The translations under genes were made by a program, and so were the position numbers. Source: a bacterium (GTDB lineage: Bacteria > Hinthialibacterota > Hinthialibacteria > Hinthialibacterales > Hinthialibacteraceae). From it: a DNA stretch of 21,136 nt. Under the pieces are notes generated by a model that made no database searches, was not told the DNA's origin, and worked only from the letters and a program-made list of their open reading frames with translations. Positions 9,144-18,112 of the stretch are shown here, piece after piece (position 1 is the stretch's first letter; every line of letters starts with the position of its first letter). The stretch lies in contig JBHGBC010000106.1 of the NCBI GenBank assembly GCA_041946805.1, positions 1 through 21,136 on the forward strand, read 5' to 3'.

Positions 9144-9893
9144 TCATATCTTGCCGAGACGGACGATGCGGAAATACTCAGCGCGGTCTTCGATATCAAT
9201 GCACTGGAATCCGGCGTCCCGTCCATAATCTTGCCATTCCTCCCGCGTCAACCATTCCGGCGACAGATCATCCTGCGCGGTGAAAAATACCGCCATGCCG
9301 CCGGGTTTCAACATGGGATATAGATTTTGGATCACACGGCGGCGGTCCGGTTTCTCCAAAATAACCAGCATAAAACTGGAGACGATTTTGTCAAATCGCA
9401 CGGCCAACGGCAGCGCCCGGCAGTCGGCGACGATAAAATCCAGGTTGGGACCGGATCCCAGTTTGCTCCGGGCTTGCCGGATCATGCCCAATGAAATATC
9501 GACACCGATCAACCGTCCCGCCCGCTCTTTCGCCAGATCCAACAAGAGCCCCGTGCCGCATCCCAGGTCCATCACAAAATCCCCGGGTGCTATGTAGTGT
9601 TCGACCAGGTAGTCCGCGGTTTGCCGGTAGCCTTGGATCTGGTCCGTGTAGATCCAATCATAAAACCGGCCGATGACGTTATAGAATTTGCGCGAATGGG
9701 AGACGCTTTTCGCGCACCAATTGCGTCCCGCGTAGCGGAATACCATTTTCCCCCACCACCGCCGGGGGCTCTCGATAAATCGTCGCACCATTTTACATGG
9801 ATTCCCGATGAATTTCCTAGAATTATTTACCGATCTTCCCAATCCCGCAATCATCCCCCCTGTTGTTGGCGGAAAAATTGGATATTCCTTCAT
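9144..9893 (-). CDS. Class I SAM-dependent methyltransferase (true start may be a downstream Met)
   Basis: Motif I VMDLGCGTG, GVDISLGM, ADCRALP, FDKIV, LKPGG. Confidence 0.85.
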   Translation of the reverse strand: MKEYPIFPPTTGGMIAGLGRSVNNSRKFIGNPCKMVRRFIESPRRWWGKMVFRYAGRNWCAKSVSHSRKFYNVIGRFYDWIYTDQIQGYRQTADYLVEHYIAPGDFVMDLGCGTGLLLDLAKERAGRLIGVDISLGMIRQARSKLGSGPNLDFIVADCRALPLAVRFDKIVSSFMLVILEKPDRRRVIQNLYPMLKPGGMAVFFTAQDDLSPEWLTREEWQDYGRDAGFQCIDIEDRAEYFRIVRLGKI

Positions 9894-10302
9894 CCCAGGC
9901 TGTCAGGATGGGCCTGATCGGATACTCGCCCTTCACCTCGAATAAATGAAGTAATGATCCCGTCCCCTTGTCCTTCGGGAACAGGACGGAGCAAGGGAGT
10001 GCCGCGCCAGGGCGGTCCCTCACCTTTTCTCTCTCCCGGCAAAGGATCTTCACCCTGAATTCCTGGACTTCGAGAGGAATTTTACTCCAAAAAGGATCAA
10101 TAGGTTTACCGTAGGCGCAATTCCACGAATTCTCATTGAATAGTTTTCCGTAGGGTATCACTGGCGGTTATTCCGGTTCAATCCCTTTGGGATTTGAGGC
10201 CGGCCTGACCTTTCTCTCCTGTTTGAATGGATTTCCGCTTTTACGCAAGCGGGACAGGGAATGACATGGCGCGCATTGATCAGATCCGGTACGCTAAAAT
10301 TG

Positions 10303-10346
10303 GGTGGCGCAGGCATCCCGACTGCGTACACTCCGCAGGGACCACC
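10303..10346. repeat. REP-like imperfect palindrome
   Basis: GGTGGCGCAGGCATCCCGACTGCG...ACCACC: outer GGTGG/CCACC and inner CGCAG/CTGCG stems. Confidence 0.4.
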
Positions 10347-10444
10347 TTATAGAAACCAGGAATATCGCTCGAGGTATAACAAATCAAGTAGATGGATTCT
10401 GGGAGCCGGCCGGCGATTCGATCGAAAAAGAGGAAAATTTTGCC

Positions 10445-10473
10445 TTGACCTGGAAAAATGAATAACATATACT
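10445..10473 (+). promoter_or_regulatory. Sigma70-type promoter
   Basis: TTGACC-N17-TATACT with A/T-rich upstream tract, ~80 bp before the FlgN-like ATG. Confidence 0.75.
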
Positions 10474-10555
10474 TGTTCATGAAGATAGTGCTCTCGATTT
10501 CATGTCATTTCTATATGAGGCCTCTGATTATCAGAACTTAGGATGTAAAACCGAG

Positions 10556-11014
10556 ATGAGCATCCCCTCCCTGCCGCAACTCATGGAATCCGCCCTGCGG
10601 GAAGAATGCCGGGGCTATGAACAACTCCTCGAGCTGTCGGAGGAGCAGATCGCCATCCTGCGCCAGGACCAGCCGGATATCGACCGCGCCGCCGCGCTGA
10701 TGCATCAAAAAATAAAATTGGCCGGAGATTTGCACGCATTGGAAAAACGAAACGCCCCCGTGAAGGAACGCTGGGCACGGGATTTCGCCACCTGTTCGGG
10801 AGAGGAACGGCAGGCCGTGGCCGGCCTCCGGGACCAGACGGTGGCGCTTATCGAGCGGTTGCAAGCCTTGGAAACAGAAACCATCGCACACTTGCGGAAA
10901 TGCAAAACCGAGGTGGGCCGGCAGTTGCGCGCGTTGCAACAAGCCCGCCAGGCGGCCAACGCCTACTTTGCCCCAGAACGCCGGCCGCCCCGCTTCATTG
11001 ATAAGATACAGTAA
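10556..11014 (+). CDS. FlgN/FliT-like flagellar export chaperone
   Basis: ~152-aa helical-looking protein, YEQLLELSEEQIAIL...K..L pattern, C-terminal Y...PRFIDK; flagellar context; upstream ATG 10502 possible. Confidence 0.6.
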   Translation: MSIPSLPQLMESALREECRGYEQLLELSEEQIAILRQDQPDIDRAAALMHQKIKLAGDLHALEKRNAPVKERWARDFATCSGEERQAVAGLRDQTVALIERLQALETETIAHLRKCKTEVGRQLRALQQARQAANAYFAPERRPPRFIDKIQ

Positions 11015-11087
11015 TCCCGCGGGGCATGGCTTACTTTTGTATTTGTTGCTTTTTATTCATTGCGGATTCGGGTTTGAGGTTAAAAAC

Positions 11088-12296
11088 GTGGACGAATTGA
11101 GCCATTCCAAAACCATAGGGAACCATTCCGCCTTGGCCGAGGCCGATCCCCAGGCGCTGCGAAATTTATACGCGCTTTATAACGAAAACACGGAAAAACT
11201 GCGTCTCGCCTTTGAACGGCTGGAAAAACGCTTCCGTGAAATCGATCCTTACAATATTTACAATTCCATTACCGAAGCCCTAATCACCCTCGACCAGGAG
11301 GATAAGATCCTCACCTTCAACCCCGCCGCGGAGAAAATCTTCGGCACGCGGGAACGCCACGTGCTGGGCCGGCCGTTCGTGGAGGGCGTCCCGGTTTGCG
11401 CCGGACCGTTGGCTGAGTACCGGAAATCCGGATCGGCCGACAACCGGTATGAAATCACCTTCCACGGCGAGCGAGGCGATCCGGTGGTGTTGCGCGGCCG
11501 CTTTTCACCCCTGCTGGACCGCAACGGGGAGGAAATCGGGACCACCTGCCTCTTCACCAACCTCAGCCTGGAGCGGCTGCTGGAAGAAAAAGCCCGCCGC
11601 GCCGACCGGCTGACCGCCCTCGGAGAACTGGCCGCCGGCGTGGCCCACGAAATGCGCAATCCGCTGACCACCATCCGCGGGTACTTGCAAATTCTGCCCA
11701 CGTATAAAAACGACGACGATTTCATCCAGGAATTCTCCGAAAATCTCATCCGGGAAATCGACCGCCTCACCCGCCTGACCGACGACCTCCTGAACATGGC
11801 CAAACCCATTTCCCCGGAAATGCAGGTCGAGGACATGGCGAAGGTGGTCCAGGAAACGATCCAGTTTCTCGGCGACCAATTCGCCGCCCGCAACGTCACC
11901 CTGCGGGTGGTGGACGGTCCCGGCGGCACGGCCGTGCGCATGGACCGGGACCGCGTCAAGCAAGTGATAATCAATCTCCTGGTCAATGCCCTGGAGGCGA
12001 TCGGCCAGAACGGCCAGGTCGTGATCCGGCATTCCCAACGGGTGGAAAAAATGGACGAACACCAGCCGCCGCAGACTTTCGTGGTGACGGAAGTGATCGA
12101 CAACGGCCCGGGGATTCCGCCCCACTGGCTGGACCGGATTTTCGATCCGTTCTTCACCACCAAGGATTCAGGAACCGGGCTGGGACTGGCGTTGTCCAAC
12201 CGGATCGTGGAAGAACACGGCGGCTTTTTGCGGGTCGACAGCGCCCCGGGCGAAGGCACGCGCTTCTGGGTATTCCTGCCCCGGGCGGAAGGTTGA
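11088..12296 (+). CDS. Soluble PAS sensor histidine kinase, FleS/FlrB-like
   Basis: GTG with GAGGT RBS; N-terminal coil LYALYNENTEKLRLAFERLE; PAS (FNPAAEKIFG); H-box AHEMRNPL; N box NLLVNA; DNGPGI; FDPFFTTK; GTGLGL; no TM from this start. Confidence 0.9.
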   Translation: MDELSHSKTIGNHSALAEADPQALRNLYALYNENTEKLRLAFERLEKRFREIDPYNIYNSITEALITLDQEDKILTFNPAAEKIFGTRERHVLGRPFVEGVPVCAGPLAEYRKSGSADNRYEITFHGERGDPVVLRGRFSPLLDRNGEEIGTTCLFTNLSLERLLEEKARRADRLTALGELAAGVAHEMRNPLTTIRGYLQILPTYKNDDDFIQEFSENLIREIDRLTRLTDDLLNMAKPISPEMQVEDMAKVVQETIQFLGDQFAARNVTLRVVDGPGGTAVRMDRDRVKQVIINLLVNALEAIGQNGQVVIRHSQRVEKMDEHQPPQTFVVTEVIDNGPGIPPHWLDRIFDPFFTTKDSGTGLGLALSNRIVEEHGGFLRVDSAPGEGTRFWVFLPRAEG

Positions 12297-12302
12297 AAAA
12301 TC

Positions 12303-12515
12303 ATGGATTAAGGCGCCAGGGGAGTACTTTTCCCTCGTAGTCCGATGGGTATCTCTTCGGGCAGGTCTGAAAAATCCACCCCGAATCCTCTCCCCCTGGG
12401 AGTGGATTCGGGGGAAGGAATTTTGGCAGAGGCGGAACGGAGATTCCGCCTGCATATCGGGAGTGCCAAGGATCGCTATGCCACCATCAGGTTCTCACTC
12501 CCGGCGCGAATCCAT
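12303..12515. mobile_element. Degenerate MITE-like fold-back element between kinase and regulator
   Basis: Imperfect terminal inverted repeats ATGGATTAAGGCGCCAGGGGAGT / ACTCCCGGCGCGAATCCAT; internal palindrome ~12379-12414 and REP-like GGCGGAA/TTCCGCC at 12426-12453. Confidence 0.5.
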
Positions 12516-12542
12516 ACTTTCTTTCGATGCGTTGGAGGGATG

Positions 12543-13949
12543 ATGGCTCAGAAAAAAATTCTCATCGTGGACGACGAAATCGGCATTCAAAACCTGCTGA
12601 CCCGGGTTTTGAAGGGGGAGGGATATGACATCCGGGTCGCTGGCAACGGAGACCAGGCCCTGGAAATGGCCCAGGAGGATTTCCCCGACTTGGTGCTCTG
12701 CGACATCAAAATGCCCGGCAAGGATGGGATCGAAACATTGACCGAGTTGAAGAAAATGTCGCAGAAAACCGAGGTCATCATGCTCACCGCCCATTCCACC
12801 GTGGAGAGCGCGGTGGCGGCGATGAAACTGGGGGCGGCGGATTACCTCAAAAAGCCTTTCGATGTCGAGGAATTGAAGATCGTAATCATGAAAACCCTGG
12901 GCATCGCGGAACTCAAACGCGAAAACACGGCGCTGCGCCAGCAGGTCGGCCTGCGCTACGGAATCGACCACATCGTGGGCAAGGATCCCGCCATGCTGGA
13001 GATCTTCAACCTGATCCGCACCGTGGCCCCCACTCCCAGCACCGTGCTCATCCACGGCGAGAGCGGCACGGGCAAGGAGCTGATCGCGGGCGCGATCCAT
13101 TTCCACAGCCCCCGGGTCAACAAGCCCTTCGTGAAGGTCAATTGCGCGGCCATCTCCGAGGAACTCCTGGAAAGCGAACTCTTCGGGCATGAAAAGGGCG
13201 CCTTCACCGGCGCGGTGCGCGCCAACGAAGGCAAATTCATGCTGGCCGACGGCGGCTCCATCCTGCTCGACGAAGTCAGCGAAATGAGCCCCAAACTGCA
13301 GGCCAAACTTCTGCGTGTACTTCAGGAAAAAGAGGTCGATAAAGTAGGAGGACGGGAACCGGTGAAGGTGGATGTCCGCGTCATGGCCACCACCAACCGC
13401 AACCTGGAGGAGCAGATCCGGAAAGGCGCGTTCCGGGAAGACCTCTACTACCGCCTCAATGTGGTCACCATCGCCTTTCCACCCCTGCGCCAGCGCAAGG
13501 GCGACATCCCCGAACTGATCCGGCATTTCGTGGAGAAATACAACAAGGAAATGAACAAAAAAATCCAGGGGATCAGCCGGGAAGTAGAACAATGCCTCCT
13601 CCGCTACCATTGGCCCGGCAACGTGCGCCAACTGGAAAATTGCATCGAACGGGCCATCGTGCTCTGCCCGGGGCCGGTCATCGAAATCGATGATTTGGCT
13701 CCGGACGTAGTCCATGCCGCCCAGCACGGGACCGAATCGGACCGCCGGGAAATCCAGGCCGGGATCACCGTGGCGGAAATGGAAAAGAAACTCATTTACG
13801 AAACCTTGAAATACACCAACTACAACCGCACCCGCGCGGCGGAAATGCTGGGGATCAGCATTCGCACCCTGCGCAACAAACTCAATGAATACCGCGGCGA
13901 AGAGGCCGCCGGCGAAACGTACGGGCCGGTCTCCAGCCAGGCTTGTTAA
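12543..13949 (+). CDS. Sigma54-dependent response regulator (REC-AAA+-Fis HTH), FleR/FlrC/FlbD-like
   Basis: VDDE, CDIKMPG, KPF receiver motifs; GESGTGKE, ESELFGHEKGAFTGA, LLDEV, FREDLYYRLNV, WPGNVRQLEN; HTH LGISIRTLRNKLNEY; RBS GGAGG (ATG 12540 or 12543). Confidence 0.95.
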   Translation: MAQKKILIVDDEIGIQNLLTRVLKGEGYDIRVAGNGDQALEMAQEDFPDLVLCDIKMPGKDGIETLTELKKMSQKTEVIMLTAHSTVESAVAAMKLGAADYLKKPFDVEELKIVIMKTLGIAELKRENTALRQQVGLRYGIDHIVGKDPAMLEIFNLIRTVAPTPSTVLIHGESGTGKELIAGAIHFHSPRVNKPFVKVNCAAISEELLESELFGHEKGAFTGAVRANEGKFMLADGGSILLDEVSEMSPKLQAKLLRVLQEKEVDKVGGREPVKVDVRVMATTNRNLEEQIRKGAFREDLYYRLNVVTIAFPPLRQRKGDIPELIRHFVEKYNKEMNKKIQGISREVEQCLLRYHWPGNVRQLENCIERAIVLCPGPVIEIDDLAPDVVHAAQHGTESDRREIQAGITVAEMEKKLIYETLKYTNYNRTRAAEMLGISIRTLRNKLNEYRGEEAAGETYGPVSSQAC

Positions 13950-13987
13950 TCCCGCGGGGCGGCCTCCTCTTCAAAGGATGTTCACCC

Positions 13988-16900
13988 ATGGACCCGAACA
14001 CCGGCCGCAAAACGGTCATCGATCTCGCCCGCCAACTGGGAATCCGGACCGAGATCCTGTTCCATACGCTGGAGCGGATGGGTATTCCGCAAGAATCCGC
14101 CTATGAAATCGATCCCGCCCTCGAACAAGGCTTGATCGAACAGATGGCCGCCGATGGGATCGTATCCGCCGCTCTCGGCCAAGGCAAAAAAATCCGGAAG
14201 GCCACGGAAGCCCCGGTGGTGGATGACGATCTCCTCCTCGAGGCCTTGGGCGCCAGCGAAGCCGGATTTTCCGATGCCCATATCCCCTCCGACATTCTCC
14301 TGGAAGCGGCCCCCTCATCCAAACCTTCCTTCTTCCACCGCTGGTTCGGCCGGCCCCGGAACCTGGCTGCCGCGTTGAAAGAAAATCCGCGCTCTCCGGA
14401 AGAAATCGAAGCCCTCTTTTCCCCTCTGGAACCGGCCCTCGAGCACGAATCGGCCTTTCCCCCCCGGGAGCCGTCCGGCCCTTTCCCTCCCGCGTCCGGA
14501 TCGGAATCCGAAGCGGTCCCCGCGGATGAACCGGCGTTGCCGGAAGCGGATGAAGCGGCCTTGTCCGGTGAGGATCTGGACGAGCCGGAGGCGGCCGGAT
14601 GGGAAACGGAGACGTTGGATGATCGATCCCCTTTCCTCGAACAGGAATCCCCCATCGTGCCGCCTGGGGAACCGGATCAGGCGGTTCCGGAAACCGGCGG
14701 GGACATCCCTCCGCTTGACGCCCGCCTGATGAGCGAAATCGAGAAAATGGAAATCGAGGGGGGCGGAGATCTCGAGGAAATCGAGATCAGCGAGTTGGAA
14801 CAACTGGAAGGATTGGGCGAATTGGACGAGCTGCCCAAACCGGTCCTGCCCGTGGAGGGGATGGGCTCCACCGAGGACGCGTCCGGAGAAACGGCGGAAG
14901 ACCTGGCGGGACTGCCATTGGCAGAGGACCTGGACGATCTGGACGAGGAGGAAGGCATCGAAGAGATCGAGTCCCTGGGAAACCTGGACGAGGAAGAGAA
15001 CCTGGATCCCGCCGAGATCGAAAAGGAACTCGAGGAAACGCGGCGGCTGGAACGGCGGAAAGAGGAAGAAACCCCGGCCGGCTGGGTGGAGTGGTTCTTT
15101 TCACGTATCCAGTTGACGCCGCTGGAAATGTGGACGCTGATCGGCGGTTCGGCCGTCACCCTGGCGGCCATGCTGGGTGTTTCCCTGTATTGGTGGTGGA
15201 ACCTGAGTCCCCAAGCGCGGACTGGCGTCTTGGAGGAGGCTGATCATTATTACCAGACGGCGGCCGCCGCCGGGGAAAATCCGGCCGAATGGAGCAAGGC
15301 CCGCAAGGCATGGCAGTCCGCGGCCGACACGTACGAAACCTTCATAAACCAATACGCGGAGGATCCCCAACGGCGTGAGGAAGCGTTTTCCCGCCTGTGC
15401 GATTCGTACTACCAAATGGCGCTTGGAGACGAAAAGGCGGGAGACACTCCGAACAGCGAAGACGCCTACCGCCGGATGATTCAGTATTATGAAAAGTACA
15501 TGGTGTTCCTTGAAAAAACGGCCGACCGGATGGCGGACGCCGGTTCCGGCCAGCCGCATCTGGCCTTTCCGGATGCCAGCCGCCAGCAGACCGCCTTGTA
15601 CCGCATCGCCATGGCCCAGAAAAAATTACATCGTTTCGATACCGCCATCGAATCCCTCAAGAATTTCATCAACCGGTTCGGAAGCGCCGAGCACGGGCTG
15701 GACGCCATGATGCAAATCGGCAACGTGTATCAGGACTGGGCCCAGATCAATCAGGAACAGGAACTGCCCCTTCTCAACGAAGCGGCCGCCGCGTACTCCG
15801 ATGCCCTCAACAAAACCCCCGAGGATTCCCCCGCGGCCCGCATGCGGCTCCATGCCCGCCTGGGGGATATTGAGTTCCGGAAATACCAGCGGAGTCTGAA
15901 CGAACAAAAGCCTGAGGAAGCCAATTCCCATCTCGTGGATGCCGTCGCCCAGTACGAAAAAGCCGCCGAAGATGCCGGGAAATTCGGCCTGGAAACCCTG
16001 GCGGCGCGCCCCGATGGTCAGGATCTTTTGCGGGATATCCAAAAAACCAAGAAAACCCTGGGGGATTTATACCTCCTGCGGGGGCGGGAAGCCGGTGAAA
16101 AATGGCGGGAGTACGAAGACCTGGCCAAACCGTTTCCCGAATCGATCATGTACAAGCAAAAATTGATGGATGCGGCGGACCTCAAAAAAACCGCCACGGT
16201 CCAGTTTCTCGATAAAGCCCATGACCAATATCTGGATTTGCTGGCCGGCAGCGAACACCTCGATCCCAAGGACTATGATGATATCCGTTACAACATCACC
16301 GAATCCCTTTTCATTCTGCGGGACTATCCCCAAGCCATCGCCGCCGGCGAAGAAATTCTGAACGGCACCCGGCAGCCCAGCCCGGAGGCGCAAACCCGCC
16401 TCAATTACCTCTTGGGCCATGCCGCCTGGGAAGAAGCCAAGGAAACCGGCGATTACTCCAAGGTTAAAAAATTCTATTACCGGGCATTGGAACTGGACGA
16501 TTTCTATCCGGCCGACCAGAAGGGCGAAACCAGCCACTTGGCCGAAATCCGCCTCATCAACGCCTATTACATGCTCGAAAAAAAATATGAAGAAGCCCTC
16601 CGCCGCTTCCAAAACGCGGTTGAACGGTATCCCGAAACCGGCTACACCTACCTGACTCTCTATTGGTACGCCAACGCGACCCAGGAATACGCCGATTCGC
16701 TCATGGACGAAGCGGACCGCCTGGAAACCGAAACCCAGCCGGCCGGTCCCCCCGGGACGCGCCCACTCCGTGAAAAAGCCCGCTCGCTCTATGCGGATTC
16801 CATCGACCGTTACAACCGGGCTATCGCCTCCCGCGACACGTCGAAATATGTCGATACCAAAAATGAAACGTTCCTGATTGATATCCTCTTCGACCGCGGT

Positions 16901-17890
16901 CACGCGGCCTTCAAGGCGGGTCAATACACCGACGCGGAGAAATACTTCCAGGAAGCCCTGCGCCGGTACCAGGACAATCCGGTGGCGCAGAAATTCATTC
17001 CCGCCGCCCTGGAACGGATGGGCGATCTGAACTATCGCCTGGGCAACTTCACCCAGGCCGCCCATCATTACCAACAATATCTCAACAATCCCTACGAAGA
17101 CGCCAACGCCCGGGTCAGCCTGAAACTCGCGGACGCGTATCTCAAACAATACTCGTACGACAAGGCCCGCGCAGTGTATCAAAAAATCGCGCGCGACTAC
17201 CCCTCTCCCTCTCCCCAGGAAACAGAACGGGCCATGCGCCAGGGCCGGCCGATCGAAAAAGGCCCCGGCTTCGAGGCGTTGAAAAAAATCGCCGAATCGT
17301 TCTTCCAGGAGGCGGCCCCCTTCGTCCTGGAAGAACGGGAAGCCCGCTTGCGGGACGCCTTGCAAGCCTATCAAGAACTCGTCGCCCGCTATCCCCTCAA
17401 TCCCGCCAGTCCCAACCTTCCCGACGACGCCGACTCGCTTTATAAAATCGCGTCGATCCAATCGGAACTCAACAATCTGCCCGAAGCGGTGAAAGGCTAC
17501 GAGGCCTTTCTCCAACAGGTTCCCAATTACCCCCGGCAGGGAATGCTCTATTATAAAATTGCCCAGGCCTGTCTGGATATGAATCCTCCCGACTGCGATA
17601 AGGCCATTGACTCGCTGAAACACGTCGACGAAAAATCATTCGATTCCCCCGGACAATACGCCAGCGCCTTGATCCTCCATGGCCAGGCGTGGGAAAAAAA
17701 AGCCAACGAATCGCTCGCCGCCGGCGATCCCGATTTGTACATGACCTACCTCGAACAAGCCGGGCGGATCTACAGCCGGGTCGCGGCGGTCCCGGCTCCC
17801 GATAAAATCAAGGAAGCGTTGGTCATGCGCCAGGCAATCGATTCAATCCTGGAAAGCCGGAAAGAACTGGCCAAGGCGAAAACGCCATGA
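13988..17890 (+). CDS. Large bitopic membrane protein: IF2-N-like head, acidic low-complexity linker, one TM helix, ~900-aa TPR region
   Basis: ATG 13988; TVIDLARQLGI...LERMGI head; Glu/Asp/Pro-rich region; TM MWTLIGGSAVTLAAMLGVSLYWWW; many TPR-like repeats (ALYRIAMAQ, ALERMGDLNY, SLKLADAY, SLYKIASIQ). Confidence 0.85.
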   Translation: MDPNTGRKTVIDLARQLGIRTEILFHTLERMGIPQESAYEIDPALEQGLIEQMAADGIVSAALGQGKKIRKATEAPVVDDDLLLEALGASEAGFSDAHIPSDILLEAAPSSKPSFFHRWFGRPRNLAAALKENPRSPEEIEALFSPLEPALEHESAFPPREPSGPFPPASGSESEAVPADEPALPEADEAALSGEDLDEPEAAGWETETLDDRSPFLEQESPIVPPGEPDQAVPETGGDIPPLDARLMSEIEKMEIEGGGDLEEIEISELEQLEGLGELDELPKPVLPVEGMGSTEDASGETAEDLAGLPLAEDLDDLDEEEGIEEIESLGNLDEEENLDPAEIEKELEETRRLERRKEEETPAGWVEWFFSRIQLTPLEMWTLIGGSAVTLAAMLGVSLYWWWNLSPQARTGVLEEADHYYQTAAAAGENPAEWSKARKAWQSAADTYETFINQYAEDPQRREEAFSRLCDSYYQMALGDEKAGDTPNSEDAYRRMIQYYEKYMVFLEKTADRMADAGSGQPHLAFPDASRQQTALYRIAMAQKKLHRFDTAIESLKNFINRFGSAEHGLDAMMQIGNVYQDWAQINQEQELPLLNEAAAAYSDALNKTPEDSPAARMRLHARLGDIEFRKYQRSLNEQKPEEANSHLVDAVAQYEKAAEDAGKFGLETLAARPDGQDLLRDIQKTKKTLGDLYLLRGREAGEKWREYEDLAKPFPESIMYKQKLMDAADLKKTATVQFLDKAHDQYLDLLAGSEHLDPKDYDDIRYNITESLFILRDYPQAIAAGEEILNGTRQPSPEAQTRLNYLLGHAAWEEAKETGDYSKVKKFYYRALELDDFYPADQKGETSHLAEIRLINAYYMLEKKYEEALRRFQNAVERYPETGYTYLTLYWYANATQEYADSLMDEADRLETETQPAGPPGTRPLREKARSLYADSIDRYNRAIASRDTSKYVDTKNETFLIDILFDRGHAAFKAGQYTDAEKYFQEALRRYQDNPVAQKFIPAALERMGDLNYRLGNFTQAAHHYQQYLNNPYEDANARVSLKLADAYLKQYSYDKARAVYQKIARDYPSPSPQETERAMRQGRPIEKGPGFEALKKIAESFFQEAAPFVLEEREARLRDALQAYQELVARYPLNPASPNLPDDADSLYKIASIQSELNNLPEAVKGYEAFLQQVPNYPRQGMLYYKIAQACLDMNPPDCDKAIDSLKHVDEKSFDSPGQYASALILHGQAWEKKANESLAAGDPDLYMTYLEQAGRIYSRVAAVPAPDKIKEALVMRQAIDSILESRKELAKAKTP

Positions 17891-18046
17891 AGACTACCTT
17901 TCAAAAGGAATTTTCTGCCAGGGCCGGGGGAAATAAATGCCGGGAGCAATTCCTGAATTCTGGTTCATCCGACAAGTGCGTACTTTTTATCAAGCATGTC
18001 CGGCCGCTCTTCAATCGGGCTGGCTCGGGGGATCAACCCCCTAATC

Positions 18047-18079
18047 CCCTCTCCCTCCGGGAGAGGGCTAGGGTGAGGG
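18047..18079 (+). repeat. Hairpin/G-tract module inside the MITE
   Basis: CCCTCTCCC-TCC-GGGAGAGGGCTAGGGTGAGGG. Confidence 0.9.
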
Positions 18080-18086
18080 AATTTTT

Positions 18087-18112
18087 GTAGGGGCGGACCT
18101 TTGTGTCCGCCC
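18087..18112 (+). repeat. GTAG-type REP inside the MITE
   Basis: GTAGGGGCGGACCTTTGTGTCCGCCC: GTAG head + GGGCGGAC/GTCCGCCC stem. Confidence 0.8.

Noticed and set aside
9144..9893. Assigning the methyltransferase as menG/ubiE or pmtA
   Set aside because: Only generic class I motifs are visible; substrate cannot be inferred by eye
9995..10040. SAM-I riboswitch upstream of the methyltransferase (minus strand GGTGAGGGACCGCCC)
   Set aside because: Lacks the AUC start, GCAACC and GUGC..AU elements; overlaps a decayed copy of the G-tract repeat
9823..10161. 112-aa minus-strand ORF
   Set aside because: Runs through hairpins and a repeat remnant, overlaps the methyltransferase ORF, no recognisable features
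11020..11050. Sigma54 promoter before the kinase (TGGC...TTGCT)
   Set aside because: GG to GC spacing does not fit -24/-12
10968..11087. Hydrophobic N-terminal extension of the kinase as a TM helix
   Set aside because: Overlaps the upstream gene end and a T-rich spacer; GTG at 11088 has a good RBS and gives a FleS-like soluble protein
12345..12539. 65-aa N-terminal extension of the response regulator
   Set aside because: Translates the palindromic insertion; the receiver domain starts right after GGAGG at 12540/12543
2108..17623. Long antisense or alternate-frame ORFs (e.g. 2108-3004, 3837-5312, 7834-9228, 11258-12304, 12495-13727, 16067-17623)
   Set aside because: They overlap well-supported genes and are expected shadows of GC-rich codon bias; no motifs recognised
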